Positions 38,754-49,362 of a stretch of 64,000 nt of DNA are shown here, in pieces (position 1 is the stretch's first letter; every line of letters starts with the position of its first letter). The stretch covers positions 11,165-75,164 of the forward strand of contig JBGSMV010000018.1 in NCBI GenBank assembly GCA_041739995.1, in the 5' to 3' direction. The stretch is from Bdellovibrionota bacterium (GTDB lineage: Bacteria > Bdellovibrionota_C > UBA2361 > JBGSMV01). Made by a program: the position numbers and the translations under genes. The notes under the pieces were generated by a model that was given only the letters and a program-made list of their open reading frames with translations, was not told where the DNA came from and searched no databases.

Positions 38754-39650
38754 ATGGGTGTTCTAGAACTCGCGGTACTCGTCATTGATGACTCTCAAGA
38801 GAGAGCGATGGATTTGCTGCGCTCTCTGCAACCCGAAATTCAATTCACGGCGAGCGACTACACTGTCTCCTTAAGAAAGGCCGTTCTTTCCCACAACGAA
38901 GAAAACTTCAACGTCTGCTTTATCTCAGAAAAATTTGAGACTGCTGACCTGGAGAGCTTCTTCCGTGACATGGCACAAATGGGCAAGAAAGAAACTTGCT
39001 TCTTTGTGCGAGTATACGAAGAGCTGGCGGAGGGCTTTCAGCGCCCGTCACTGAGCGAGTTGGGATTTGACACCGTCATCTCAAGAAAAGGCGCTTACGA
39101 CGACAAACAGACAATTCAGCAGGAGCTCCACAAGCGATTCTTTGAAAAGCAAGTTGAGAAACGAAAGCTTGGCGTCGACGAGATGATGCAGATGGTTTTG
39201 AAGGAGATCGACCGTACGGCTTCTGATAAGCGCCGCGGACTCGATCGAAAAATGGTTGCGATTGCGATGGACGGAATCGAACTCGATGTTGATTATTCAG
39301 ATGAAGTGCTTGCAGGATATTTTGAGGCGCTAGAAAAGCGCACTGAGGGCGCCAAGCCGCGCACGATTGATAGGCTCGATATTCCCGATAGTGTGCTTAA
39401 GCGCGCCCTGCCGAATCTGACTAAGGACGGGTACAAGGGCAACAGTCACCGGGTATGGGAGCTTCTTGCTCAAAAGTACGGCGTAGCTGCGGCGGGGCCA
39501 AGCCCATCCGCACCCAATGACGTCCCGCGCGCTGATACTAAGATTGTTGAAGCTGACGGCTCGGGAGTCGAAGAACCCACTGCGGCAAGCGCACCGACTG
39601 AGGCCCAAGATCCTGCCTCGCCCGTTACGGAATCTACCAAAGAGCAATAG
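38754..39650 (+). CDS. Hypothetical protein with degenerate receiver-like N-terminus
   Basis: VLVIDD...FNVCFIS (Ser where the phospho-Asp is expected); low-complexity tail. Confidence 0.7.
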   Translation: MGVLELAVLVIDDSQERAMDLLRSLQPEIQFTASDYTVSLRKAVLSHNEENFNVCFISEKFETADLESFFRDMAQMGKKETCFFVRVYEELAEGFQRPSLSELGFDTVISRKGAYDDKQTIQQELHKRFFEKQVEKRKLGVDEMMQMVLKEIDRTASDKRRGLDRKMVAIAMDGIELDVDYSDEVLAGYFEALEKRTEGAKPRTIDRLDIPDSVLKRALPNLTKDGYKGNSHRVWELLAQKYGVAAAGPSPSAPNDVPRADTKIVEADGSGVEEPTAASAPTEAQDPASPVTESTKEQ

Positions 39651-39672
39651 GCTTCAGCCCTCGAGGGAAATT

Positions 39673-41178
39673 CTAAGTTCGAGCCTCCGAACCAGTCGGA
39701 GAAATGGTACTGCGATTCGAAGCAAATACCCTTCTGCACATTAATCCAAACAGGAGCGTCAAATTGTTCAAGAAGAACGGATAGGCGGGAGAGCCCATAC
39801 GATCAAGACCAAACAGCATAAATCCATGCAGAGCCACAAAGGCTAGAGGCAAAGCGCATAACAGAAAAAGAGTTCCCTCTCGACGGAACAGTGCCCATGC
39901 ACACAAAAAAAGCGAGGAGCACGCGCCGAGAACAATGACCAGGCGACTGGGTTCGACCAATTTGGTCAGTAGATTTCCAATCACTGAGGGCGCAGGCTGC
40001 TGGGAAAAGTGCTCGCGCGTGAAAGCTTCGAGGTGGGCGGGGCCGGGATCAACCAAGGACTCCACCGGTATTCGGCCAGATACTTGGGCGAGGAATCTAT
40101 AAGTATCAGTTTCTGGGGCGGGCCAGCTCAGTACAGTGAGAACGCTACGAGCTACTCCCTCGAGGTAACGCAGGGGTGATTGCTGGACCTGCTGGTTGAA
40201 GATTTCTTGTGCCTGATTGGGATGACTTTGGGCTAGCGCTCCCTGTATCGCATAGATGTACTGGTCTCGAACGCCGCTCACTGGCAGCCCGTCTATTGCG
40301 ACGAATCCCTCGCTCTTCGAGCTTTGAATAGCAAGAGCGTAGGCTGTTTGCGAACTTCCTAAAACAGGGTCCAGAGGTGGGATCAACGCCTGGTTTACCA
40401 TTGCAAACCATACTTGAGATTGTGCTCTTGACTGAGTCTCTGGAATTCTCATCCACGGCAGAGCTCCAAGGTAGGAGACCAAGATTAAAATGAAGCTGGA
40501 TTTTAAAGCGGTGACTAGATGCTGCCTATTGTTGACTCTGTTGCGCTCTGATCCAGCAGGGCAGTCAAGCAGGAGAGCGAAAGGAAGTACTACGGCAGCG
40601 ATTAGCAGGGTCGGTCGATAGTAGTATCCAACTGCGATTACCGCTCCAAGTGCCAAGCCACGTAACCAGCAGCGTGACCAAGTGCGAGAGTAACAGAAAA
40701 TCAAAATTATCAAACTTAGGTGGAAGAACGTTCCCAGCTCGCTGAGTGCGGAGACTTGGTACACCACGATTGCAGGGCAAAGCACGCTCAGAACCATCCC
40801 AATGCTACTTGATGTCCATGCTGAGGTGGCTTTTCCCGAGCTCAGCCAAAGTGCACAAAGTCCAAGAGACAAGAGTAGGGTGTTGAGCGCCTTCACTGAA
40901 GCAGGAACATAGCCGCCCATGAAAAATGCAAATTTTAAATATGCAGGGTAGAGAGGTGTTCTTAAAAAATCCCAGTCACGCGGGAAACGCTCAGTAAACA
41001 ACGCGCGCGCATGATCAATATAGAGATGCCCATCAAAGGTAACGAGTAGAGAAAGGCTGGCCGCATTGTAGAAAGCAATGAAAAGACAAAGGCTCAATAG
41101 GCTCGACGCTATCAGAGGAGGTCTTGCAAGTGTGTTTAAATTGCTCATCATGAACCGAGTAAAAATACGAGGTGGCAT
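39673..41178 (-). CDS. GT-C-like (ArnT/PMT-type) integral membrane protein
   Basis: DGHLY, RTPLYP, LSE, YRP motifs and many TM segments; last gene of a GT operon. Confidence 0.75.
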   Translation of the reverse strand: MPPRIFTRFMMSNLNTLARPPLIASSLLSLCLFIAFYNAASLSLLVTFDGHLYIDHARALFTERFPRDWDFLRTPLYPAYLKFAFFMGGYVPASVKALNTLLLSLGLCALWLSSGKATSAWTSSSIGMVLSVLCPAIVVYQVSALSELGTFFHLSLIILIFCYSRTWSRCWLRGLALGAVIAVGYYYRPTLLIAAVVLPFALLLDCPAGSERNRVNNRQHLVTALKSSFILILVSYLGALPWMRIPETQSRAQSQVWFAMVNQALIPPLDPVLGSSQTAYALAIQSSKSEGFVAIDGLPVSGVRDQYIYAIQGALAQSHPNQAQEIFNQQVQQSPLRYLEGVARSVLTVLSWPAPETDTYRFLAQVSGRIPVESLVDPGPAHLEAFTREHFSQQPAPSVIGNLLTKLVEPSRLVIVLGACSSLFLCAWALFRREGTLFLLCALPLAFVALHGFMLFGLDRMGSPAYPFFLNNLTLLFGLMCRRVFASNRSTISPTGSEART

Positions 41179-41254
41179 CTAAGAATAAAGCACTGTGATT
41201 GCGTGTGAGGGAAGACCGTTCCCCAAGGCGATCGTGAAAAATCAAATTCCAGAC

Positions 41255-43471
41255 CTAGTTTGAGGCGGGGCGGGATAATGTCTCCTCAACCGAAATGCGT
41301 CGTTGTTTGAGTGCAGCGTAGAGTGCGCTTAAATTCCACCCGCGGCGTCGAGGGGTAATGCGCCGAGCGCTTTTCGTCCGCAATCCTGGGGGTAAAAGCT
41401 CTGGTTGAAGTGCTCCAATGAGCTCAAGCATAGGAGGCGCCTCTGTCCGTTCACTCCAGAGCGAATTATATAGCGCGCCGTACGATCGACATTCCTCAAA
41501 CAGAGAAGGCAGCGGGACAGTGAGAGTTCGGTCTTTATAGGACTGCAGAAGGCTTGGCTCCGTCCGTAACCTCTCGAGCGTGTCCACCAAGGCGCCGGCA
41601 GAGGCTTCGCCAAGAACAATACCTGCGCCTGAAGATTGTACACGCTCACGCAAGGCCCCTCGAGGGGTTACCACCACTGGTACTCCGCAAGACCAAGCTT
41701 CGCTTAATGTCATCGAAAAGGTCTCTGCGGCAAGGGAGGCCAGCACAATGATGTCCGGATCGATTAAATGTATTTTGGCGCACACATCTTCGGCAGAGTA
41801 CTGCCCATGATCGCTCAGTGTGTTCACCGGGAGTCCTGCATTAAGGGGCTCTGAACACGTACCTAGAAGATGCCAATCAATCTTTAGGCTTCTCTCGACC
41901 GTGAGCTTGAGGGACTCTTGTAAAAGATGGAGCCCTTTGTGGGGAACGAGAGTGCCCAAAATTAACGCTCTTAGTTTCTCAGAATCTCGCTTTGCGTACG
42001 GAGTCCCGGTTAGGGCAGCCGGTGGTCGTCCTTGAGCCGGACGACCATGTGGGATCAACTTCCAGCGATCATCTACCTTAGAAAATTCTGCAAAAGTATG
42101 GCGCACGTGCTCGGAGAATGTGACCACCTGCGCGGCTCCATCAAGTAGCTGGCGTGCATCTTCTCGAAAACGCTCAACTGCTAACTGTCCTTCACCGCAG
42201 CTCGTACTACACTCGTGCAGGGAGCAAGGCCGAAGTTCCGGGGTGAGCAGAAACGTTCGCGGGCAAATCCACCAATGGTCGTGTAATGAGACCACGTATC
42301 GACCATGTTTCCGTACCGCTTCGACATACATTGAACGATCAAATCCGGCGCTGTGGTGCACATGCACGACGTCGAAAAAGTCGAACGACAGAAGGTCCTT
42401 CAGCAGAAGGGCGCCAGGGGGAAAGTCAAACGCTCTTTCCACGCCATTTCGGAAATAGGATAGATGGAGGCTCGGCTTGTCGAGTGGGCCTTCTCCAGGC
42501 GAAACGGTCCAATGGTGTGCTTCAGATACTCCCTTCACTAGGTCGAGCACATGCCGCTCGGTGCCTCCGATGCCATGTCGACGAGCAAGAGACGGTCCGT
42601 TATGTAGTAGATGAAGCACCACTGGTTTTGGCGTGAGTGAGTCTTTTGCAATTAGACCGTTCCAAATCGCGGCGTGTACGTCTCGAAGCGGATTTGTGCG
42701 ACAAAACTCGGCCACGCGGCGCTCGTAGCGGGGATGGCGCTCATTCAAAACCTTCCCGTGACTGCGCCTGAGTTCATGCTGAGAGTCCCCAAAAGATAGC
42801 CCGCCCTTGTGCAGTATGAAGGTTGCGTCGTCGACGACGTCATGAAACCCCGCGTCTTGGGCGCGGCAAGAAAAATCATTCTCCTCGCCATACCCTTTAG
42901 GGAATGCACGCTCGTCAAGTCCTCCGATTGAGTCGATTACTTCGCGTCTAATGTAGGCGCAAAAGCCAACACAGGTTGGCAGCGCAGGATACGTTCGACG
43001 AGAGACGTGTTCTACAAGATCTGAGAACTCTTGAAGCGAAAGCCCGGAGGGGAGCTCATTATCCTCACAGAATCGCGGAACGGAACAAATGATTCCATTG
43101 TTAGTGAGTGCGGTGACGGTGGCGATGTTGGACTGACTAAGTGATGCCGCCTGAAGCTTTTCAATCCAGCGTGGGGTGACCACCGTATCGCTGTTAAGCA
43201 GAATCACGTCGTCACTACCACTAAGCACCAACATGCCGCGGTTACAGGTACCCGTGAAACCCCTGTTCTCTAAATTGCGGAGCACGTGAAGACGTTTGTC
43301 AGCGAGGACTGTGTCGGGAAGATATTCCTCAAGCTGCCCCTCGCTGCTGGCATCATCGATAGCAAAGACTCTAAGGTCTGAGTCTGGGCTGTGCTCGAGG
43401 ACGCTCTGGATGCACTCTAAAGTTGCATCGAAGGCGTTATACACCGGAATGATGACAGAGACAGGAATCAT
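41255..43471 (-). CDS. Bifunctional GT2 + GT4 glycosyltransferase
   Basis: IIPVYN, IDDAS, LLNSDT, GYGEENDF; C-terminal HKG and ETFSMTLSEA. Confidence 0.92.
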   Translation of the reverse strand: MIPVSVIIPVYNAFDATLECIQSVLEHSPDSDLRVFAIDDASSEGQLEEYLPDTVLADKRLHVLRNLENRGFTGTCNRGMLVLSGSDDVILLNSDTVVTPRWIEKLQAASLSQSNIATVTALTNNGIICSVPRFCEDNELPSGLSLQEFSDLVEHVSRRTYPALPTCVGFCAYIRREVIDSIGGLDERAFPKGYGEENDFSCRAQDAGFHDVVDDATFILHKGGLSFGDSQHELRRSHGKVLNERHPRYERRVAEFCRTNPLRDVHAAIWNGLIAKDSLTPKPVVLHLLHNGPSLARRHGIGGTERHVLDLVKGVSEAHHWTVSPGEGPLDKPSLHLSYFRNGVERAFDFPPGALLLKDLLSFDFFDVVHVHHSAGFDRSMYVEAVRKHGRYVVSLHDHWWICPRTFLLTPELRPCSLHECSTSCGEGQLAVERFREDARQLLDGAAQVVTFSEHVRHTFAEFSKVDDRWKLIPHGRPAQGRPPAALTGTPYAKRDSEKLRALILGTLVPHKGLHLLQESLKLTVERSLKIDWHLLGTCSEPLNAGLPVNTLSDHGQYSAEDVCAKIHLIDPDIIVLASLAAETFSMTLSEAWSCGVPVVVTPRGALRERVQSSGAGIVLGEASAGALVDTLERLRTEPSLLQSYKDRTLTVPLPSLFEECRSYGALYNSLWSERTEAPPMLELIGALQPELLPPGLRTKSARRITPRRRGWNLSALYAALKQRRISVEETLSRPASN

Positions 43472-46400
43472 GCAGAGCCAAAGCTGAAATCAAGCCGGTT
43501 AGTGTTTAGATGACGTGGATAGTAAGGATCTATCTCAACAGAATGCGAAGGGTGCTTGCTGACATCAGTTCCGGTCAGCTGTTTGCCGCCGATGGAAGAA
43601 ACCGTCAGATGAACGTCCGGTACTGTGACAAAGTAGCCGCCACAATGCGAATTGACCGCGAGCGACCAAATGGTGTCGCGAAGTGACCCGGCAGCCAAAT
43701 CTGGTTGCGTTGATTCTAATGCATGTCGTAGAGCTGAGGCTCTTACGACAAGAGCGCTCCAAACCACGCCCCTTGTATTGGACATGGCGACGAGACGTGC
43801 GCCAGGACCCGGAGATCGAATCGATTCTCCGGCGAGGCGCGCTGCGGAGCGAGCCCCTTCTATGACGTACCCAGCACTAATGATCTTGCCGTCACGCACC
43901 AGAAGACCTTGAGCAGCTTGAACGTTCTTAATCTGCAAAAATTCGCTCAAACGCTGAATATCGGACTCTTTCAGCAGAGGGACTCTCTCATCTAGCACCA
44001 AAACAGTAGCATCCGGTGACAGCGCGGCGAGTTCTGAAGCGTTGATGATCCGCAGCGGAATAGCAGCAGCGGAATCAGGGAGTGTAGGGGAGCCAGCGAC
44101 TTGACCAACCCATAGAACCGGAATTTCAGTTTGAAGTGTTGGCCTAAAATGTGGGCTATATATTCCCCCACGCGCGGTATTTTCAATCCTCGCCTCGGGT
44201 AAGCCTCTGCGCGCACAAGCGCGCGTCAGTGCAGCCTTCCCTGCCTTAAATGCATAAGGTTTCGCGTCGATATTGAGGGCGACAGAATCTTCGTGCATAC
44301 GCCAATGGTAGAGAATTTGAGGAATATGCCTGATCTTGCTGGTCTTCTCGGTCACCCGTAGACAGAGGTCATAGTCCTGACTGCCCTCCGTTCCCTTGAT
44401 GAAGCCTCCCACCGCATTCACCAAGTCACGTCGATACACACTAAGGTGTCCCACATACATGAATGAGAGCAGGTACTCAGGCGACCACTCAGGCTTAAAG
44501 GCGGGCTCAACACGCTCTCCATGCGAGTTTAGTTTGTCCTCATCAGAATAAAGATAGTCAGAATCAGCGTGCTCGTTAAGCTCCTGCACGACTCTATGAA
44601 ATGCCCAAGGAGCGAGCACATCGTCGTGGTCCAACAGCGCGATAAATTCTCCCGTAGCCAAGGCAAGAGCGGAGTTCGAGGACTCTGCTATGTGCCCATT
44701 CACCTCGCGGAAGACCACCTTGATGCGGGGATCCTCCTTCGCATAGGCTTCCAATAGTGCGGAGATGCCTGCGTGCCCTGAGGCGTCATCAGCAATGCAG
44801 AGTTCCCAATATGGATACGTTTGGGCTCGAACTGACTCTATTGCCTCCCGTAACCACGCCACCTTCGGGCGATATACTGGCAGCACGACTGAGATGACCG
44901 GCGCGCTGGAAAAATGAGCCACTTGCGCACGTTGAGCCTCCAGCTCGAGGAGAGAGGGTTCGTGTTCCTTCCGCCACTGAGCGTAGCGTTTATCGGGGGA
45001 ATAATAGGGCGAACCCGATTCTACGAGAGAAGGCGGGTGCTCTCGGACACCAGGTGAGCGAACGCGGCGCACTAGTTGTTTGAGCACCTCACGTAACTTA
45101 CGTTTTGCAAGGCGAGCCTCGCATTTGCCCCAGCGCGCAAGCTCTACCGCTGCTCTCAGACCACTAGTGAGCTTCCATGATCGTGATGAGTACAATTGAT
45201 GAATCTGCTGCGTGAGGACCTCACGCTCTTGCGAAAGGTTCTCCACCCTATTCGTCGTGAGCGTCACTTCGCTTTGTAGTAACGCCAATCGTTCTCGTAG
45301 CGCGTTATATGCGGGCCGGATCGATTGAAGCTCCTTGGAAAGGTCAGCAATATGCAGATTTCGCTGCTCCCAGAGTTCTGAAAGTGAAATTCGAGGAGCA
45401 ACCGCAAGGATCAAGGAGACTGACCCGGCTTCAGGCATCTCACAGGGGAGCGAAAACGTTATCTGCGGGTCAAAGGAGGTGGGAAGAAATATGGTGCCCG
45501 TTTCGAGAGCAAGGTCTTGCAGATTTTCGAGAAAAGCGACGCTGCGTAGCGGAGTCGGGCCGTCTTGCCACGACCATATCTGGACGCCCTGATTGTTTTG
45601 GACTCGGATCTCTTCAATGCGAAACCAGTCCTGGGAATCGAGCGGATCGATACGGATTGCCTTAGTTTTAGAAGGAATTTCGAAAGACACGCGGGTGTGA
45701 ATGTGGGTTTGCTGAACGATAGAGAGGCAGGACTGCGATTCAGAAAATCCTTGCCCGGTGTCGAAAAAACATTGTGAAAGCCGTGAGGTTTTGTGCGTTG
45801 AGGTACTGAAGGAGGTGCTGATGCTGCTCGCATCTGTCTCTGGAACGAACACATTTCGAGGAGTAGCAGCAGCCTTGGGCAAGTCAATTGGACGTGCGCG
45901 CACCAAGAACTGATAAGTATCGGAGTCGGGGAGTGATTGCAGCAGGGAGCGAATTCCGCTTGAGAGCCCTTGAACTTCAGGGCGAAACTCAGTGGCGAGC
46001 GGTGCTCGCACCGTACGCGCCCATAACAGTGGCTCCAATTTGCAGCGAGAGAGCAGATCCTCCACCGAGTGTCGGGTGAAGAACCGTAGATGAGTCTCGT
46101 CCAGTAAGCCGTCTCGCCGATAGCGGAACATGCCTGCAAACAATTCAGCTAACACGCCTGTGTGGCCCACGTTAGGAATTGAAATTAGCACCTCGCCGTC
46201 CTGTGCAAGCAGCGACTTGAGAAATGAAAGAACAGCCCAAGGGTCAACTAAGTGCTCAAGCACGTCAGCACACACGATGGTATCAAATCTTTCGGAACGA
46301 AGTTGGTCATGGACATTGGTGTCTTCAATGCTCCCCACTATTATCTTCTCGCACCAAGGGCGGGCCTGTTCAGCGGCGGCTGAGTCGATTTCTACCGCAG

Positions 46401-46635
46401 TGATGGAAGCTCGATGAAGCTCTGCCATGAGGCGAGTCATCATTCCGGTGGCCGGGCCGATTTCTAGAATGCGAGAATCTGGACGAACCCATTCGAGCAG
46501 ACGAGCAACTGAGGAGTCGTCATCCAGACCAATCTGGCGGTCGTATTTGAGTGCTCCTTCCATAATACTTCTAATAAGGGGCCACGAAGGCAAGATATCC
46601 TGACACGGAGGGCGCCGAACTACAGAGCACTCCAT
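43468..46635 (-). CDS. Methyltransferase-coiled coil-GT2 fusion (WsaE-like architecture)
   Basis: ILEIGPATG, ADVLEHL, SIPNVGH, LLDETHLRFFT; SRSWKLT; ADDAS, LLDHDD, YSDEDK, QDYDL, LYHWR. Confidence 0.9.
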   Translation of the reverse strand: MECSVVRRPPCQDILPSWPLIRSIMEGALKYDRQIGLDDDSSVARLLEWVRPDSRILEIGPATGMMTRLMAELHRASITAVEIDSAAAEQARPWCEKIIVGSIEDTNVHDQLRSERFDTIVCADVLEHLVDPWAVLSFLKSLLAQDGEVLISIPNVGHTGVLAELFAGMFRYRRDGLLDETHLRFFTRHSVEDLLSRCKLEPLLWARTVRAPLATEFRPEVQGLSSGIRSLLQSLPDSDTYQFLVRARPIDLPKAAATPRNVFVPETDASSISTSFSTSTHKTSRLSQCFFDTGQGFSESQSCLSIVQQTHIHTRVSFEIPSKTKAIRIDPLDSQDWFRIEEIRVQNNQGVQIWSWQDGPTPLRSVAFLENLQDLALETGTIFLPTSFDPQITFSLPCEMPEAGSVSLILAVAPRISLSELWEQRNLHIADLSKELQSIRPAYNALRERLALLQSEVTLTTNRVENLSQEREVLTQQIHQLYSSRSWKLTSGLRAAVELARWGKCEARLAKRKLREVLKQLVRRVRSPGVREHPPSLVESGSPYYSPDKRYAQWRKEHEPSLLELEAQRAQVAHFSSAPVISVVLPVYRPKVAWLREAIESVRAQTYPYWELCIADDASGHAGISALLEAYAKEDPRIKVVFREVNGHIAESSNSALALATGEFIALLDHDDVLAPWAFHRVVQELNEHADSDYLYSDEDKLNSHGERVEPAFKPEWSPEYLLSFMYVGHLSVYRRDLVNAVGGFIKGTEGSQDYDLCLRVTEKTSKIRHIPQILYHWRMHEDSVALNIDAKPYAFKAGKAALTRACARRGLPEARIENTARGGIYSPHFRPTLQTEIPVLWVGQVAGSPTLPDSAAAIPLRIINASELAALSPDATVLVLDERVPLLKESDIQRLSEFLQIKNVQAAQGLLVRDGKIISAGYVIEGARSAARLAGESIRSPGPGARLVAMSNTRGVVWSALVVRASALRHALESTQPDLAAGSLRDTIWSLAVNSHCGGYFVTVPDVHLTVSSIGGKQLTGTDVSKHPSHSVEIDPYYPRHLNTNRLDFSFGSA

Positions 46636-46745
46636 TAGCTCTTCAGCATAAGAAGGGCGGTCAGTCCGGTACGCAGGTGGTCATACCATCTGGATAGGAC
46701 TCTGTCAGGCTCCCGAGTGCAGTAACCGTTCACGGGTTGCCACAG

Positions 46746-46977
46746 GCCACCACCGAATGTTTTCAGCCGAATAACGACCTAACACCGCCGGTTAATTTCC
46801 CTTGTGAAGGGATGCCCCTAAGGGGTCGATTTGCGGAGTAAATCGGGGGTGAAAATACTATCCGTTCGCAAGATGGAGTCGTCCCCGATCAGGGGGCGAC
46901 CACCGACCCGCCACCACCGAATATTTTCAGCCCAATAACTACCTAACACCGCCGGTTAATTTCCCTTGCGAAGGGAT
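46746..46977. repeat. 68-bp direct repeat (46746-46813 / 46910-46977) flanking a hairpin-rich core
   Basis: Four mismatches between copies; core 46815-46867 recurs inverted at 56741-56793. Confidence 0.88.
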
Positions 46978-47103
46978 ACCGAGTGCAGGAATTCGGTCAA
47001 AGAATGCTGAAAATTCAAATGCTTCGCGGTGGTTGACTCAAATCCTGGGCTGTGTCGAACTGGGGGGGCTCGGAGTCCAGGATAGGTTACCAAGGAGTTC
47101 TCA

Positions 47104-48540
47104 GTGTCAGCAGTAGCTATAGCCAAACCAGCCCTCGAACGCATAGAGGCCTGGGGTAAGAATTTTCAAACGCTTGAGCAAGTCGCGCGTTGGCGCCGTT
47201 ATGTAAACGGCATAATAGCGGCAGAAGTGAGTCGCTTCTGCCGCTATTACGACCGCCTCATCCAGCTTAGCCCTCTGCCCACAGACACTGGTTCGCTTTT
47301 TCAGAGCGTTGACTGTCCGGCCAAAGGGGTGGTTTCGTCCTTGGAAGAGTTTCCTGATCTGACCGAAGAGACTTCTGAGCGCTCAGCGGTGCTCTTAAAT
47401 GGAAACCTAAATCACGATCTCGACATTGAATCGACGCTGCGTCGCTTAAAGGTAAGACTTGCGCGTAGTTCGCGGGTAGTGCTGGTAGCGTATAATCCAT
47501 ACCTAAGCTCGCTCTATTCGCTGGCGAACTGGCTCGGCATCCGGAAGGGAGCTGCACCCGTCACCTTCGTTACTCACACTGATCTTCAGAACATCGCAAA
47601 GCTGTCAGGCTTCGAAGTTGTTGGTATGCGGCCGGTAGCGTACCTGCCTTGGCGTCTTGGAGGCATTGGAACTTTCTTAAACCGCCTTCTCCCTTTAATT
47701 CCACTAGTGAGTCGGTTGTCCTTTGCGAGCGTATTGGTTTTGAGACCTGTGATTGCAGCCAAGACCGCGCCGTCTTTGACGGTAATAATTCCGGCCAGAA
47801 ATGAACGAGGGAACATCGAGAACGCGCTTAAGCGCATGCCTAACCTTGGTGCGCGCACTGAAGTAATTTTTGTTGAAGGACATTCAAGCGACGGTACTTG
47901 GGAAGAGATTCAAAGAGTATTGCCACTCTATCGTGAGAAGTTTTCGCTATCTGCCTATCAACAGACGGGTCGAGGAAAAGCGGATGCGGTGAGACTTGGG
48001 TTCTCTCATGCTTCGGGAGATCTTCTCACCATTTTAGATGCCGATCTGACGATGCCGCCTGAGCTTTTAGGTCGCTTCTATGACGCATATCGTGCGGGAC
48101 TAGCCGATTTTATAAATGGAAGTCGACTCGTGTACCCCATGGAAGGGGAAGCCATGCGCTTTCTCAATCGTCTGGGCAATGTGTTTTTCGCCAAGGCACT
48201 TAGTGTGGTGATGGGCGCGCGCATTGGCGACTCTCTGTGTGGCACGAAGTTAGTGGCTCGGCATGACTATCAACGTATGACTGACTGGCGAAACGATTTT
48301 GGTGATTTCGACCCGTTTGGGGATTTTGAGTTACTTTTCCCCGCCGCTATTCTCAATCTTGGCATCGTTGATATTCCAGTGCGCTATCGAGCGCGCACCT
48401 ATGGATCTACCAATATTCGACGATTTCGTGATGGCTGGCGCCTGCTTAAGATGACGACCACGGCGTTTTTTAGGCTCAGACCTGGGGTGGCACCACAAGC
48501 CCCGGCGCCGCGAACGAGCTTGCCAGGGAAAGGAGAGTAG
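47104..48540 (+). CDS. GT2 glycosyltransferase with degenerate methyltransferase-like N-domain
   Basis: [35 protein letters not shown]. Confidence 0.9.
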   Translation: MSAVAIAKPALERIEAWGKNFQTLEQVARWRRYVNGIIAAEVSRFCRYYDRLIQLSPLPTDTGSLFQSVDCPAKGVVSSLEEFPDLTEETSERSAVLLNGNLNHDLDIESTLRRLKVRLARSSRVVLVAYNPYLSSLYSLANWLGIRKGAAPVTFVTHTDLQNIAKLSGFEVVGMRPVAYLPWRLGGIGTFLNRLLPLIPLVSRLSFASVLVLRPVIAAKTAPSLTVIIPARNERGNIENALKRMPNLGARTEVIFVEGHSSDGTWEEIQRVLPLYREKFSLSAYQQTGRGKADAVRLGFSHASGDLLTILDADLTMPPELLGRFYDAYRAGLADFINGSRLVYPMEGEAMRFLNRLGNVFFAKALSVVMGARIGDSLCGTKLVARHDYQRMTDWRNDFGDFDPFGDFELLFPAAILNLGIVDIPVRYRARTYGSTNIRRFRDGWRLLKMTTTAFFRLRPGVAPQAPAPRTSLPGKGE

Positions 48541-48542
48541 TT

Positions 48543-49346
48543 ATGAAGTTATCCATTGTTATTCCATGTTTTAATGAGAGAGAGACTATTCAGCAGATCG
48601 TCTCAGCGGTGCGCGCTTCGCCGGTGGCTGACAAGGAAATCATCATAGTCGACGACTGTTCCACCGACGGCACTCGAGAAGTATTACGCAACACGATTGC
48701 GTCTCAAGTTGATAAGATCGTCTTTCACGAACAAAACCAGGGGAAAGGAGCGGCGCTTCGCACTGGAATCCGTGAAGCCACTGGAGACTTGGTGGTGATT
48801 CAAGACGCCGATCTTGAGTACGACCCTCAGGAGTATCCGATTTTGATGGACCCGATTGTGTGCGACCGAGCAGACGTCGTTTTTGGATCGCGTTTCATGG
48901 GGGGTCAGCCGCACCGAGTGGTGTATTTCTGGCATTCGGTTGGCAATTCGGTGCTTACGCTGCTTTCCAACATGTTCACCAACATTAACCTCACCGACAT
49001 GGAAACCTGCTACAAAATGTTCCGTCGTGAGGTCATTCAATCAATAGAGATCGAAGAAGACCGCTTTGGGTTTGAGCCTGAGATCACCGCCAAGGTTGCC
49101 AAAGGCGGATGGCGAATCTTTGAGGTTGGTATCTCGTACTATGGACGCACTTACGCCGAGGGGAAGAAAATCGGTTGGCGTGATGGGTTTCGAGCCATTT
49201 TTGCAATTGTAAAATATAATCTTTTTTACCAATCCAGTGAAAAGCATCGTGCTGCAGTGAGTGCGGAGAGTAGTCGGAGAAAATCTTCTGGCTCAGGGGC
49301 TACTGCTGTTGAAACCAACGATGCAGGGCCACGTCGCGCTGCTTGA
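48543..49346 (+). CDS. GT2 polyprenol-phosphate glycosyltransferase (DPM1-like)
   Basis: [43 protein letters not shown]. Confidence 0.93.
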   Translation: MKLSIVIPCFNERETIQQIVSAVRASPVADKEIIIVDDCSTDGTREVLRNTIASQVDKIVFHEQNQGKGAALRTGIREATGDLVVIQDADLEYDPQEYPILMDPIVCDRADVVFGSRFMGGQPHRVVYFWHSVGNSVLTLLSNMFTNINLTDMETCYKMFRREVIQSIEIEEDRFGFEPEITAKVAKGGWRIFEVGISYYGRTYAEGKKIGWRDGFRAIFAIVKYNLFYQSSEKHRAAVSAESSRRKSSGSGATAVETNDAGPRRAA

Positions 49347-49362
49347 GCGACGGCGCCGTTTC

